Positions 1 through 14,659 of a DNA stretch of 64,000 nt are shown here, piece by piece. Location of the stretch: assembly GCF_009914755.1 (NCBI RefSeq), contig NC_060946.1. The stretch is one strand, 5' to 3'. How positions within the stretch are numbered: the first letter of the stretch is position 1; every line of letters begins with the position of its first letter. The translations under genes and the position numbers were made by a program. The DNA comes from the human T2T-CHM13v2.0 reference genome, Homo sapiens. The notes below the pieces were generated by a model. That model searched no databases, was not told the origin of the DNA, and saw only the letters and a program-made list of their open reading frames with translations.

Positions 1-479
1 ATTGTGGCTGTGGACCAAGCAGGGGGTGCTGTGGGCTGTTCTGAGAAGGAGGGTTTTGGAGTGTCCAAGCTGAGAACAGTCTTAGAGGCCCCAGATGTTG
101 TATGAGTAAATTTTCATCTGACAGAATTATATTTTCCTAACTGAAAACATGAAACAGAGATGTAACAACTGTGCCTCTTTGGCTCTGTCTTTGCATGCTG
201 TCATCAGCCACTGAACAGGAGCTGAGAGGGAAGACATAAAGAACAGAAAACCCATGAGGGGGATGGTCCATGTGGGTGTGGAAGTGAGGGTGAGTGGGGA
301 TTTGGCCAAAGAGGCCTAATCCACAGGAGTAGAGTCTCATGTGTGACTTTCAGAATGAGCAGGAGTGAGATAGGTGGAGGGGGAGTGTTGGAACATCTCA
401 TCAGAGGTGAGAATCCATAGAAGGAGACACTGGTCATTACAGTCAGTGAGAAAAGTGACTTTAGCCTGAGCCTAAGGTC

Positions 480-950
480 ATTGGATCAAGGAAGGGGCCA
501 GGAGGAGCTCCTTGAAGGGAAGCTGTGAGCTTGAGAGGCAGGCTGAGGCAGATCAGTAGAATGAGCCCCCGAGAAGGGCTCACAGAGTCACTGAAGGACT
601 GTGAGGTGGCAGGGACAAGCTCACATGGCCTTTGGTCAGTGAGTCTCCAGCTGTAATGAGAATGAAATGGGGAAGATCTGGGACAGGAAGACAAGCTGGG
701 GGCGCTGGTACCATCATGGGGAGATGATGGTGGGTGGCTCTAGATTAGTTAGAGTTGGAATGAAGAGCAGAAAGCAGCTTCGTGATACCTTTATGTCATA
801 AAATACATTTGGCATGGAGAGGACTTGGACTTTGTGCATGAAGGATATGGATGTTTCTAGGCTGACTCCCAAATGTTTCTAGGCTGACTCCCAGAAACTA
901 GGATGTTTCTAGGCTGTTCCTGGCTGAGAATTTGGATGGTAACTATAGTC
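480..950 (-). mobile_element. Degenerate LINE-2-like fragment
   Basis: Purine-rich decayed sequence resembling antisense L2; recognised by pattern only. Includes a small local repeat, atgtttctaggctgactccca, at 851-871 and 873-893 with a partial copy at 903-916. Confidence 0.4.
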
Positions 951-1152
951 CAAAGAAACAAAGAACACTGAAATCATATCTTATTTTTTTTAACTCACAA
1001 AATAGAGGCAGGTAGATATTTATATGTGTTTTGTTGGCTCAATGATTTTTTTTAGTAATAAACATATTTACTTAGAAACTACTGGGTGTCTGTATGCTCT
1101 GGGATTTTTTTCTCCTGTCCTGATGACATCTCTTTCCTTTCTCTGGGTTCAG

Positions 1153-1499
1153 GAGTTACTTCCCAGGTTGTGGTGACACAGGAACATTCACTTTCCACAA
1201 CTCCTGGAGGGGCAGTCACCTTCACCTATGGCTCCAAAATTGGGGCTGTCATCAGAGCATCTCGACAGCTGGGCCCAACAGAACATCTGGCAATGTCCCC
1301 AGGGCAATGGTGGGCACAAGCAGTCAGGTCCTGGGACCCCTGCACAATCCCCTGGTTCTCTTCATGAAGAAAAAGCCACTCTGGTTATAATGAGGACTAG
1401 ACCAAGAATGAGGCCCAGTGTTACATGCTCGGTGTGGTGATCTGAAATATCACCACAGGGACAAATACAAAAATACAAGTGGGAAACTACACTCAAACC
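1153..1499 (+). pseudogene. IGLV relic, IGLV8/7-like (clan III), V exon only
   Basis: Acceptor ttcag (1148-1152) followed by GVTSQVVVTQEHSLSTTPGGAVTFTYGS; Cys23 is lost. After a frameshift: WAQQ..PGTPAQSPGSLHEEKATLVI. Degenerate heptamer cacaggg 1454-1460, 30-nt spacer containing an aaataca duplication, nonamer-like actcaaacc 1491-1499. Confidence 0.75.
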
Positions 1500-2430
1500 C
1501 TTGGATCAAGCCTCAGTCCTATGCTTCTGAAGCAAATTTCTTGTTTTTGGAGTCTGGTTTTCAACCACTGTAGACTCAGATCATTTATTCTTCAGGCCCC
1601 CAATGGGATCATCACAAGCACTTTTTCTATCAATCATGGCAGTCACTTGAGATCAAAGGTGAATTTCTTCTTCCTCAAGTTATAAGCAACACTTTGGCAT
1701 ATTTGGTGAACTTCAAAGAAAATGGCTAAGATAGAGGATGAGAGACATAAGAGGCTTCAGGAATATTTCAGCAGATGCAAAGCAGACTACAGGGTAACTC
1801 ATTTCCCATATGATTTGATTGATTGCAAAATGTGAAATTAAATGCATACAAAGGGGAATGTGTGTCATTTTTCCTCTTAATGACAAAGTAAAAAAAAAGC
1901 AATAAAACAAAAACAAGCACTATTTCATGTGTCTTGATAAACTTGTAGAAAGTCTTATAATATCCACAATATCTAGGATACAGTAAAATAACTTTCCATA
2001 TGAAGAACCAGAAGAACACAACTTAAATGAGAAAAGACAATTGATAGACACCAATACTGAAATAATTTAGGTGCTGATGTTATGTAACTGAGATTAATTA
2101 AGGAGTAATTATACAATTCCTTCAGTGAGCAATTTTAGACATTATTTTTTGAAGTTTTAGGTTCAGGGGTTCATGTGCAGGTATGTTACGTAGGTAAACT
2201 TGTGTCAGAGGGGACATTCTTGAAACAAGTGGAAAAGAAGCAAATCCCGAAAAGAAAAATAAGTCATAGAAACAAACCAAATTAAAATTAGAAAACAGAA
2301 AAATGCAATAAATTAAAAAGAACAGTCTGGAGGGACTCTGGAACAGGTAACAGTGAAATTAAAGTTCAGGCATTAGAGGAATTATTTACCGTTAAGTAGG
2401 GAAGAAAGTACAAACAATAGCCATCTAAGC

Positions 2431-2444
2431 CCAGCAGAGGGAGC
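2431..2444 (+). promoter_or_regulatory. CTCF-like motif upstream of IGLV7-like relic
   Basis: CCAGCAGAGGGAGC, one mismatch to the CCASYAGRKGGCRS core, about 230 bp upstream of the degenerate octamer at 2669. Confidence 0.45.
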
Positions 2445-2787
2445 TGTGGATCTTCTCAGAGGTGAGCAAGGCCGGAAATGAACTCCCGGGGCTCTCATTT
2501 ATGGCTCCTGGGCCCATACTCACTGGCCCGAATTGGGGTTTAGAGCAGGTGCTTTCTCCCAAAGGGCAAACTCAGAGTTCCCAGCAGCCCATCCTCCCTG
2601 ACAGAGCGGCTGCTGCCTGGCTGAGCACTCAGAACTTAGGGAGCCGGTGGTTTTGGTAGAGGCCCCATGTTTGCATAATGTCCTAACCAAACACACATCT
2701 ACCCGGGGAGGTGACGAGGAGTTAGAGGAACTGTCCCAGGGTCCAGAAGTAGCCGGGGGTTCTGGGGATCCTTGGAAAGTCCACACC

Positions 2788-3237
2788 ATAGCTTGGATGT
2801 CTATCCTCCCCTCTCTCCCTCCTCACTGCCCAGGTTCATGTAGATTTCAAAGACAGGACTTTGGAGGGATCTGTCTGCTGTGATTCCTCACACATAACAT
2901 GTATCTGTTTTAGTTTCTTGGTTCAGTTCTCAGGCTGTGGTGACTCAGGAGCCCTCACTGACTGTGTCCTAAAGAGAGAGACTTATTCTCATGTGTGGCT
3001 TCAGCACCACAGCACTGAATTCAGCAGAAGCCTGGTCAAGTCCTCAGGACATTGATGTGTAACACAGATAACAAACACCCCTGGATGCCCACTTGATTCT
3101 CTGGCTCCCTCCTGGGGGAAAGCTGCCCTGACCCCTCAAGGGGCCCAGCCTGAGGATGAGGCTGAGTATACTGTGGGCTACACCACAGTGGTCCTTAGCA
3201 CAGTGAGAGACCCAGATGGGGAAACAGGACATGAACG
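2788..3237 (+). pseudogene. IGLV7-like pseudogene/relic (leader + V exon + 23-RSS)
   Basis: Octamer variant gtttgcat 2669-2676. Leader 2788-2833 with ATG mutated to ATA (AWMSILPSLPPHCP) and a GT donor at 2834. V exon CAGGCTGTGGTGACTCAGGAGCCCTCACTGACTGTGTCC from 2931 matches IGLV7-46 FR1, then stops, a CDR1 deletion and frameshifts. Heptamer CACAGTG 3199-3205, 23-nt spacer, nonamer acatgaacg 3229-3237. Confidence 0.9.
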
Positions 3238-3694
3238 AGCTTTTGGCTGATCCGGGGTACAAACATGAACGTAGGATATCAGGATCACGTGGCCAGACAC
3301 CTGAGCTCTCAAGGACACCTAAATTTTAACTATCCGTAGAGAGAAAGGTGGGTGGAGGGGTGTAAATTGATTCCTGTATCTGTTTGAATTTTAAAGTGGA
3401 AAATATTTGTGAATCATTTGGGAGATGCAGATTCCCAAAAAGAAGAATTTATGTTTATATTCCAAACAGAACAGTAATAGTGAGATCAACTCTAAAGACT
3501 AAGGTCAAACACACTTCATCCAGAAAGATGGATCTCAAAAGATTTTGTTGTTGTTTTACCTATTAAAAGCTAAGAGAGGAAATTATATTAATAAAGTTTA
3601 TTTCATGTTCTATGTTAATAGTGTGTATTTCATAGCTTTTTAAGCATTAAAAATTATAAAAGTGTTAAGAGGGATTCTCTTCTCTAATGTTATA

Positions 3695-4144
3695 TAAGAA
3701 AGTATCCACCTAGGAAAATATTTTGAAGGTCTAACCCCCAGTACTTCTAAATGTGACCTTATTTTTAAAATAGTGTTATTGCTTATGTAATTCTTAGGAT
3801 GAAGCCATCCTAGAGCGAGGTGGCCTCTTGATCCAATGTGCCTGGTGTCCTTATAAGATGATGGTAGTAAGGAGATTGGAAGACACAGAGAGAATGCCGT
3901 GTGACGACGAAGGCAGAGATTGAATTTACACAGCTGCAAGATAAGGAGCACTAAAGATTGCTGGCAAACCACCAGCAGCCAGAAAGAGGGAAGGAAGGAT
4001 CTCCCCTCAGGTATATATGGAAACATTGCCCTTTCTATGAATTTTGGGAGGCTAGCCTCCAGAACTGTGAGACAATACATTTGTGTTATCTTAACCAAAC
4101 TTGTGTTTAATACATTCTGACAGCAGTTCTAGGAAACCAATACA
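3695..4144 (+). mobile_element. MaLR solo LTR (MLT1C-like)
   Basis: Typical MLT1 motifs: aatgtgaccttattt, ggtgtccttataag, ctccagaactgtgagacaata and a terminal aggaaaccaataca. Confidence 0.75.
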
Positions 4145-5603
4145 CCAGACAATAAATTACACAATACTTCTGAAATTGATTGTACTTCTTTCATTTTGGC
4201 AACCAGTTTTTCCATGAATATGATTATATCTGTGCTCATATTTCTAACTTTATAAATATGCTTGTAATTTAAGGTTAAGATAAGAAATCCTTGTGTCTTA
4301 AAAATCCCTAAATATATGAGAACTGAATAATAATATTAACATTATGAGATCTAATGGAAAATTGTAGCTTTTACATAATTCCACTTGTTCACTAGTATCA
4401 AGATGTGAAGGTGGGAAGATCACCTTGTTATTAACAAAACACTCCTGGTCATCTCTGTGGATTTGAGAGTGCAGGGGGAGACACCTACATATTGTTTGGG
4501 AAGTCACAAATGCAGCATGCCCAGAGCATCATGTACAACAGTGTGAGTTTGCTGGACATGTGGGCAGGAAGCAGAACAGACTGGGGCATGAGGAACCACC
4601 TATCACCAAACCCACCAGCGCCTTCCTCCCTGGATCAGCCCAGAGCTGCTCAGACTTGAATGTGCACATGGATCATGTGGGATCCTGGATAATGTGGATT
4701 CTGATCAGTGGGTCTGGACTGTGGACTGAAATTCTGCGTTTCTAGAAGGCCCCTTCTTCCAAAGATCCACATACATGTTTTAATATTACCATATTCATAA
4801 GAATGGTGGGAAATAAGGGAAGCCACTTTCAGACAGAAACCAAATAGAAATTTATCTGAGAGGGAGCTAAAGGATTATGATCAAAGAGAAATCCCCAATT
4901 CCAGGCAGGGAGCTGATCACAGAGGGCAGATGGGAAGTTGGGAGAGGTTCTATTTTTTTTTTTTTAAGAAATAGAAATGAATGCAAACACAACTCAAACC
5001 TCCTCTTGATCCAACATCCCTGCTGGCTCCTGCCCAATTTCTGCACTGGCTTCTTCTCCAGTCTTTTCCCAAGCATGGACCCTCCTCACCCTCTCTGCTT
5101 CCCCATCTCAAACTCACAACTTCCCTTCTCAGTTCTCCTGTTTCTCTCCCTTTCATTCCACTTCCTTCTTCTCTGTGACCTCCTTAGACAATCACCAAAA
5201 TATTTCTAGAAGAAAAGCCATGGGTATTTTTCATCTTTTCTTGAAAGTTGTCACTCACATTCCCTCTTCGTTCTTGAGCCTCTCTTACCCCTTACTACAA
5301 AAGATGCCTGAGGCCACTGTTTCTCTTTTCCATCCCCTCAAATAGCTTCTCCTTCCAACCCGTTTCTCTCCTCAGTTACTAGAGCATTCAGTGAAGCACT
5401 CAGTCAGGTTAAAGGATCCTCCCAAATGCTCACCCTGCTCTCTATGTGTGATCTCCTGAAGAATCAAGTAGGGAGAGAAACATGGCTTCATGAGTTTGTG
5501 GGGAAGTGGGTGCATGGCTGAACTGTCCTTGTTCTCAGCAAATGTACTTTATTTCATGCACAGTTTATATATGAGACAACCTTCTCCTGCGGACTCCTTA
5601 TAA

Positions 5604-7300
<1,697 letters not shown>

Positions 7301-7635
7301 GAGAGTTAAAGGCTGAGATGAGGTAGGAGGCTGCCCTGAGGAAGGGTCTCATCCTCTGGCATCTGGTCACAGACACGATGGGCCTGGGCCTGGGCTGCAG
7401 AGAGCACAATGGGGCTGCTGGTGGGGGCTCTGTGCGGCTCTCAGCTGGGAAATAAAGTCCATGAACTTTGTTTTGCCTCACGGCTCACTGGGGCCAGCAG
7501 CTGGGTCCTCTCTGGGTGCTTGGGGAGCTTCAGGCCAAGCTCAGCCCAGGCTGACTCCTCCTAGTAGTGTCACCCAGCCACAGAGGCTGTACACAGGCCC
7601 AGGGAGAGTTAGGTTAAGCAGGGGAAGAGGAGCAC

Positions 7636-7685
7636 ATTTGCATGAAGGGCCCCTCCCTCTCCTTTGAGGCTAGAGGGTGGATAAG
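7636..7685 (+). promoter_or_regulatory. IGLV4-60 promoter: octamer + TATA-like
   Basis: ATTTGCAT 7636-7643, about 100 bp upstream of the ATG; GATAAG at 7680-7685. Confidence 0.9.
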
Positions 7686-7734
7686 AGAGACCTGCAGCGT
7701 GGCTGCCTCAGCAGAGCTCTGGGGAGTCTGCACC

Positions 7735-8216
7735 ATGGCCTGGACCCCACTCCTCCTCCTCTTCCCTCTCCTCCTCCACTGCACAGGTCAGGAGGACCCT
7801 CAGCATCCTCATGCCCCAGCTCACTGACACCATCTCCCAAACTCATACCAGAAATGTTGTTTGCTCTTGTCCTTCCTTCAGGCCATAATGAGCGTCTCTG
7901 TTTTCAGGGTCTCTCTCCCAGCCTGTGCTGACTCAATCATCCTCTGCCTCTGCTTCCCTGGGATCCTCGGTCAAGCTCACCTGCACTCTGAGCAGTGGGC
8001 ACAGTAGCTACATCATCGCATGGCATAGCAGCAGCCAGGGAAGGCCCCTCGGTACTTGATGAAGCTTGAAGGTAGTGGAAGCTACAACAAGGGGAGCGGA
8101 GTTCCTGATCGCTTCTCAGGCTCCAGCTCTGGGGCTGACTGCTACCTCACCATCTCCAACCTCCAGTCTGAGGATGAGGCTGATTATTACTGTGAGACCT
8201 GGGACAGTAACACTCA
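7735..8216 (+). pseudogene. IGLV4-60: Ig lambda variable 4-60; frameshifted (apparent null) allele in this sequence
   Basis: Leader exon 7735-7786 (MAWTPLLLLFPLLLHCT), GT-AG intron 7787-7907. V exon from 7908 reads [36 protein letters not shown], then a 1-nt deletion after 8026 gives TGA at 8057-8059. The remainder ([52 protein letters not shown]) is in the shifted frame. Confidence 0.95.
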
Positions 8217-8255
8217 CACAGTGATACAGGCAGATGAGGAAGTGGGACAAAATCC
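8217..8255 (+). other. 23-RSS of IGLV4-60
   Basis: CACAGTG 8217-8223, 23-nt spacer, ACAAAATCC 8247-8255. Confidence 0.95.
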
Positions 8256-9149
8256 TCAACCTGCTGAGGCTATTGTTCAGTGACAATTTTTAATTTTAAA
8301 ACATTTTCTGTATGTAAAAAATCTATCTGGATGCATCCTCTGATTTGGAACAATTTTACTCACAATTTCCCATTTAATGTTTCAGAAGTCTCAGAAGAAA
8401 TTAAAACATAAACAAGAACATAAGCCTCCTGATGACACTGAGATGTCTGCTTATCCTTATGGGCTGATACCAAAGTCTGTGAAGCTCACCTTTTCTCTTG
8501 AAAGAAAAAAAGAATGAGCCTTCCCTTGAGCAAATCTTGCTCAGAGCCCAAACTTCAAGCCCACAAATGGACAGTCCCCTGCAGCATGGGCTCTTGTTCT
8601 TCAAGGGGTCAATGAGGAGACCTCCCTTTCCCACCCCAGGTGTCTGTAGTCAGGGCTGCCTGATGTTCCCTGCATCCTGGGACTAGGCACTCAGGTGTGT
8701 AATACCCCAGAGGACAGGCCTGGGAGTAATTCCAAACACAGAGCTGGCCTGATTCACTTTCAGGTTCCTTTATTTTAAGTTAAAATGTCAGGATAGAAAG
8801 AAGTTGGGTATGGGGTTATTCATGAAACTGAGGCCAGAAGATGTCTTTGTGGGCTGTGAGAGGGTGACATGGTGGCTCCACCATTGCTAGGGGAATGTTG
8901 AGTGAGCTCCTAAGAAGTTTGGGGAAATCGGTCTTGTGAGTGTGGCTTCCCTTCAGCTCATTCCACTCAGAAACATGAGGACACCCATGGGTGGATTTTT
9001 CTGAACTCACAAACACTGACTTGTGTCCTCTTTTTTCTTATCCCATTGGAGATATTCAGTAATCTACTCTGTGAGATGGGGTCTACAGGAGATCATGGAG
9101 AAGAAACTCTTCAACCTGTGCAAGTGAAACTTCTTGTGTGAAGCTCTTG

Positions 9150-9430
9150 ATGTGTCCAGATTCCAAGGTCACCTTCTCCTGCACAGGGGTCAGCAGAAAC
9201 ATTGAATATTACCATGGAAACTGGCCCAATGGCTCCAGAGAAATCCTGAATTTGTGACTGAGAACTGCAGTAATCAACCTTCAGGGATCTCAGCCTGATT
9301 CTCCTTTTTCAACTTGACTTTCCTTGACTGTGCAGCCCGAGGGTCAGGATGACTATCACTGTCAGAGCTGAATACAACCCGATGCTGCCATGAGCTCCCA
9401 TTCCATGGGGAAGTGACATAAACATCTGTC
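9150..9430 (+). pseudogene. IGLV clan I (IGLV1/2-like) relic
   Basis: KVTFSCTGVSRNIEYYHGNW (Cys at 9180), SNQPSGIS, VQPEGQDDYHCQS*. An RSS-spacer-like catggggaagtga is present but there is no heptamer. Confidence 0.7.
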
Positions 9431-11956
9431 CTCCATTTCCCCCATCAAATCCGTCACTGCCCTGTCCCTGCCTGTGACCGACACCTGCTCAGGTTGTGGA
9501 TTCTGCTGTCACTTGTGATTCCAGCAAGTCTGATGCTTTTAACTTGGTGCATCATTATTAGGGAAGCCACTCCCTCTAAATCCTCAGAAGATGCCCCCAA
9601 GGAGTTCCCGGATCCCAAGGTGCAGGATCAACCTCCCAGTAAGGAAGGCTCTCTGGGCCCCATCACTGTTCATCTGTTCTACTTTAATCCTAAGAACCTT
9701 GAGCCTTCATTATTTCCCCTTTCTGCTTATTTGGCTGGAACGTTGCTGGAATGCATCTCAGTTCTTTGGGGACTAGAGGGATAAAAAGCACAGCCCATAG
9801 AAAGCTTTCACCTGGTTAAGTAGCATTTCCTAAGAGCCACGAGGGCATCTGCTCACTGCTCACTGCTCATCCTTGCATCATAATGGGTTCCTGGACCCTG
9901 GGCTCTCCTGGCTCATTGAGTTTACCAATCCCTCCACACTCCACTCATTGCTAGGGCTGGCTAGAGGGAAGGATAGTAATTGTCCAATAGGGAGATAGTT
10001 TTAGGGGGGATTACAGAAACTACTCCCCATAATCTTTGTTGATAACATCTTCATCTTGATGTTTGCTCCCCAGGATCTGATTGTGACAGTGGAAGTCTGA
10101 CACTTGAAGAAATGTAGGTTTACCCTTCTGAAAGGCCTGGCCCTGGCTTGGCCTAGGGCTGGAAGGAAGAGGTGCTGAGCTTTGGGCAACCAAGGCACAG
10201 CTGTCAAGGGGCTGAGCTCTCTGCAATGTGGGCCTCCTGCAGAGACATCCCTAGGGAGGCTGAGACCTGACGATGATGCAGAAAAGCAAATTGAAGTGAG
10301 CAGGGGATGGTCTGTGGGGGAATCAGATGACAGGTGGGGGGCCAGATGTGATACAGATGGTGCAACATGAAGAAAAGTGTCTTTTGTGATTGTTCTGAGG
10401 AGAAGGGCTCAGTGCTAGAGCAGTGATAATGAGGCAGGAGCTGGGTCCTGAAGCCACAGGGGAACCAGGTCTTGGGTCTTTTTCTGAGGGTCCCTAGGGA
10501 AGATCACATGACAACCAAGTCCCATGTTATATGTCCAGTGCTCGGTATCCCAGATGCTGTCCCTCCCAGAGCCTCTGGGTGTCCTCGTCCCACTCTTCCC
10601 TGTGATCTGTTTTCAGCTCCAGGAGCAGGTTCATACTCTGTGCCAAGAGTGGGGCTTGCATGGCTGAGTGGAGAACAGATTTGCAAGAAGATCCCACCTT
10701 GCAGTCTGGCTCTGTGTCCTGGGTGTGGGTGGTAACTGAGGAGATGTAGGCATTTGGGCTCCACTAGAGACCACAGGGAGCAGAGCTCACAGGGGCTCCC
10801 CACAACCCGGGCTCCTCCCTTCATCCTCCTCCCATTGCCTTCCTCACTGGGGTTCGGGCCAGGGGAGAACCCAGGGCTGCTTCAAGGGCCCTGCTCTGCA
10901 ACCATGGTCTTTATCCAAGTCATTGTCTCCAAACTCTGTAAGGGCTTTCTCTGAAACTGTAGGAGCATTTTTTTTCCATATGCCCAAGGCAGGCTTACAG
11001 GGTGCTGACCCCACCCCTTAAAAGTGCTAATAGTCTCTCAATGCTCAAGACAGGAGGGAGAATTAGGAATCAGGAGCCTACCCAGAGCTTCCCTCTTTCC
11101 TCACTTTCAAAATTGCACTGTGTCTAGACATAGAATTTATGCCTGGGTTGGGAAATATTTATTTACTTATTAATGTATTCATTCATTAATCTCACTTTCT
11201 GCAATCTGTGTAAGTGAGGGGCAGAAGGGAAGAGGGGCACAGAGGGAGAGGTTGAACCCAAGGGCAGGTCCTGGCAGTCTGGGCACAGGCTCTGATCAGC
11301 CAGGGGGAAGGAAGAGGGAGCAGCTCCTGGTGCCCTGGAGGGAGGGGATGCCCTGTCCCTGCTGGGCCTCCCACTTCGTTGTACCCAGGGAATGCTTTTC
11401 AGAGAGGCAGAGCTCTTAGCAGAGTCCCGTAAACCATACAGTGAGTTGGGCAGGTGAGTCCAGGGGTAGGGGCTGTGTGGAGACCTGAGACCAGGTGTGG
11501 CCTGGCATGGACACTGCCCAGCTCCATTCTTTTAGGGAGGACAAAGTGGACAGAGGAAGAGACAGGAGACATGGGTGTGTCTGAGCTTTGGGCAGCAGGG
11601 GATGCTGTGGCCTAGCCCTGAGGGCTGTGCTGTGGATCCCAGCTGGGAGCCACCCCCTGGTCCTGGCCTGGAGCCCTCTGTCCCCTGCTCACTGGGACTA
11701 GCAGCTGTGTCCTCACAGGTCCCTGAGTACCCACAGAATAGCCACACCCAGGTCCACACTCTCCCGGGGTTAGCTTTCCAGGCAGAGGTCAAGAGTCAGA
11801 ACCCAAGGTGGGGTTTAGACAGCCCAGGAGAGGAGGCTGGTTTGCAAGTCCCTCCTAACCCCCTTCGCCCTGAACTGCTGGAAGGATAGGAGGGACTTGA
11901 AGAATCCAGGCCCACCTGAGGGTCCTCAGGACACAGCTGTGTGGCGGGTCCCCACC

Positions 11957-12270
11957 ATGGCCTGGGCTCGTGGCCTCTTTCCTTTTCTCCTTCACTGCTC
12001 AGCTGGCTGGGGCCAGGCGTCAGGGCTGAGGATGAAGGGACCAGGATTGCTGTGTGTGTCCCTGTCCACTAACCTGTGTCTCTTACTCTTTGTCTGTCAT
12101 GATATTCAGGGTCCTGGGCCTGTTCTGTGCTGACTCAGCCAACTGCAGTGTCCAGGTCTGTGGGACAGATGACCCCAGCACCTGCACTGGGAGCAGCACC
12201 AATGATGGGAGTATGCACGTGTTTTGGTACCAGCAGTCTCCAGGCTGTGGTGCCTCAGAAACCCTCCTAG
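11957..12270 (+). pseudogene. IGLV1-like relic, 3'-truncated
   Basis: Octamer variant gtttgcaa 11840-11847. Leader MAWARGLFPFLLHCS from 11957, with the donor mutated to CT at 12003. V exon from 12110: GSWACSVLTQPTAVS../CTGSSTNDGSMHVFWYQQSPG. Homology stops after FR2; no RSS. Confidence 0.8.
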
Positions 12271-13740
12271 TCAACAACACCCTGCCCAGCAGGAGCGGGC
12301 CATGCTCTGATTGCCCATCTGGGGTAGTGTCAGTGGGGCTCAGTGAGCAGCTGAGCTTTCACCCCAATATCCTCAACCAGGCGAGCATGGCAGGGCTAGT
12401 TTGAGCTGGTTTATCCTCCCATCCACCTATGCCTGATTTTGGCAGGGCCCAGTCAGGAACTGAATTTCAGCCCCCATCCCCAGCAATGAGTTGAATGAAA
12501 TGGTACAAGGCAGAGCACACCAGCCCTCAGTATTCCCTCCCTGAACCCAGACTCTGGTGGTTATGGGGGCCAGGGAGGACCAGAGCTTTGTCTCCCACCT
12601 GGCAATGAGAATACTGGTTGGGGATGGAAGTCAGTGTCGTTGGCACACCTGCTGTCCCCCTCCCTGCCCTGGTGTCAGTGAGTCCTCTTTTTCTCATGAA
12701 AGTGTCAGCAGCACTGGAGTACTGAGAGCCAGGGTTCTGCCTTTGCTTTGGCAGTGGGAAGCTGAACCTACAAACCTGTGTCCTTCAACAACTCAACAAG
12801 AAGATCACCTGATAAAAGGGAGATTAGTGGTGCCTAGAGGCTCAAAATACAGTATTTAAGGTGTCTAGCATTCAGTTCATGAAATCATTGTCACATCAAG
12901 AATTAGGACATTCAGAACCCAAATGAAAGAAGACAGTGACACGCATGGACACTGAAGCAAACTCAGATGCTAAAATCATATGACGGATTTTTAAAGCAAC
13001 AACCACAAAATCCCTTCAATGAATAATTAAAAACACTCTTGAAACAAATGGAAAAGAAGAAAATCTCAGAAAAGAGAAGTTATAAAATCAAACCAACTGG
13101 AAATTAAAGAACCTAATAAACTAGAGCACATTTAAAAAGAAAGTTAAGGCAGGACTCAAGAACTGGTTACATTTGAGATTCAGTCACTGGGTGAGGTGTT
13201 CCACACGACATAAAAATACAGTAAAAATAAGTAGGTAAACACATGAAAATCAATGATTCTGGTTTGACTTGGGAAACATTAAAGTGGAAAATATAAAGAA
13301 TAAAATAGCATTTATTTATTGAAAGAAAGAACTACCTTTAGCTTTTTATCGTTTCCCCATTAATACTCTCTTGAAGATGTTCCCAGGGGACACTGTGAGT
13401 CTTCTTAGAGGTAAGAAAAGCCTGAAATAAACTCCCACGAATCTCATTTAATGGGTCCTGGGGCCCATGCTCACTGGTCTGAGTTAGAGGCGATAGCAGG
13501 TGCTTCCTCTCAAGTGGTGAAATTAGACCTCACAGCAGCCCAGCCCCCCTGACAGTAGAGCTGCTCTCTCAGCTGAAAACAACAGAAGCAGATGGTGTTG
13601 GTGATGGTTTTGGTAAAGTGCTTATTAATGTGTGAACCAAATATATGCCCTTCATCTAGGGAGCTGCATAGGAGATAAAAGAACCATCTCAGGGTCCAGC
13701 AGCATCTTAGAGCTCTGCAGATTTTTGGACAGTTTACATC

Positions 13741-14213
13741 ATGCCCTGGATGCTTCTCCTCCACTTCCCCATCCTGTTCAGTCTTTGCCCAGGTTCATGG
13801 AGATTTCAAAGACCAGCCCATGGAGAGAGCCCTCTGTTCTTCCCCATTCCTGTCGTGTCTGTTTCGGTTTCAGTATCCAGTTCTTAGGGTGTGGTGACTG
13901 AGGAGCCCTCACTGACTCTTTCCTGAGGAGGGACAGTCACTCTCACCTGTGGCTCCAGCACCAGAGTGGTCACCAACAATTTCTATCCACACTGGATGCA
14001 ACAAAAGTCTGGCCAACTTTTTAAGACATTGATTTATGATGCAAGCAACAAACATTCCTGAATGACCACCTGATTCTCAGACCTTCCTGGGAGCAAAGCT
14101 GCCCTGAGCCTCTGGGGGACCCAACCCATAGGCTAGACTGAGTACTACTCAAGCTACACGACAGTGGGGGTTACTGCAGTGAAAGATCCAGATGGGGAGC
14201 CAACACGTAACCC
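13741..14213 (+). pseudogene. Second IGLV7-like pseudogene/relic
   Basis: Leader ATGCCCTGG.. 13741-13792 with GT donor. V exon from 13874 with TAG in place of Gln1: [51 protein letters not shown]. Degenerate heptamer tgcagtg 14175-14181, 23-nt spacer, acgtaaccc 14205-14213. Confidence 0.9.
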
Positions 14214-14659
14214 CGCCTCTGACAGCCTGGGTAGAAAATGATCACGTGATATCAGGATCACATGACCAGAAACCTGAGCTCTCAAGGCGGTCTAAATGTT
14301 GCCTATCCTTAAAGAAAAAGGTAAACAGAAGGGTCTACGTCAATATTTATTCCTGTTTGTGTCCAAAAGTTGAGGAAATCCATCAATGAGGAGGAACTGT
14401 TCCAGAAAAGCAGATTCCTAATATTTTGTAATCCAAAAGGAATAGTATTGCCTACATCAGATCCAAGGAATAAATTTAAATATATTTTTTTCCAGGAGGA
14501 ATAATCTTCAACGATGTACTTTGCCAGCTAAGAACGAAAGGAAGAAACGTTCTTTGGTATATTAATAACATTTTTTATTAGGTTGTAATTAAGGTGTATT
14601 GCACAATTTAAAACATATTAAAATGATTTTTTGTAAGAAATTCTTTTTTCTATATGTTA

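Noticed and set aside
10679-10860. Octamer-like ATTTGCAA followed by a pyrimidine-rich leader-like stretch
   Set aside because: No ATG and no recognisable V exon downstream; too decayed to call.
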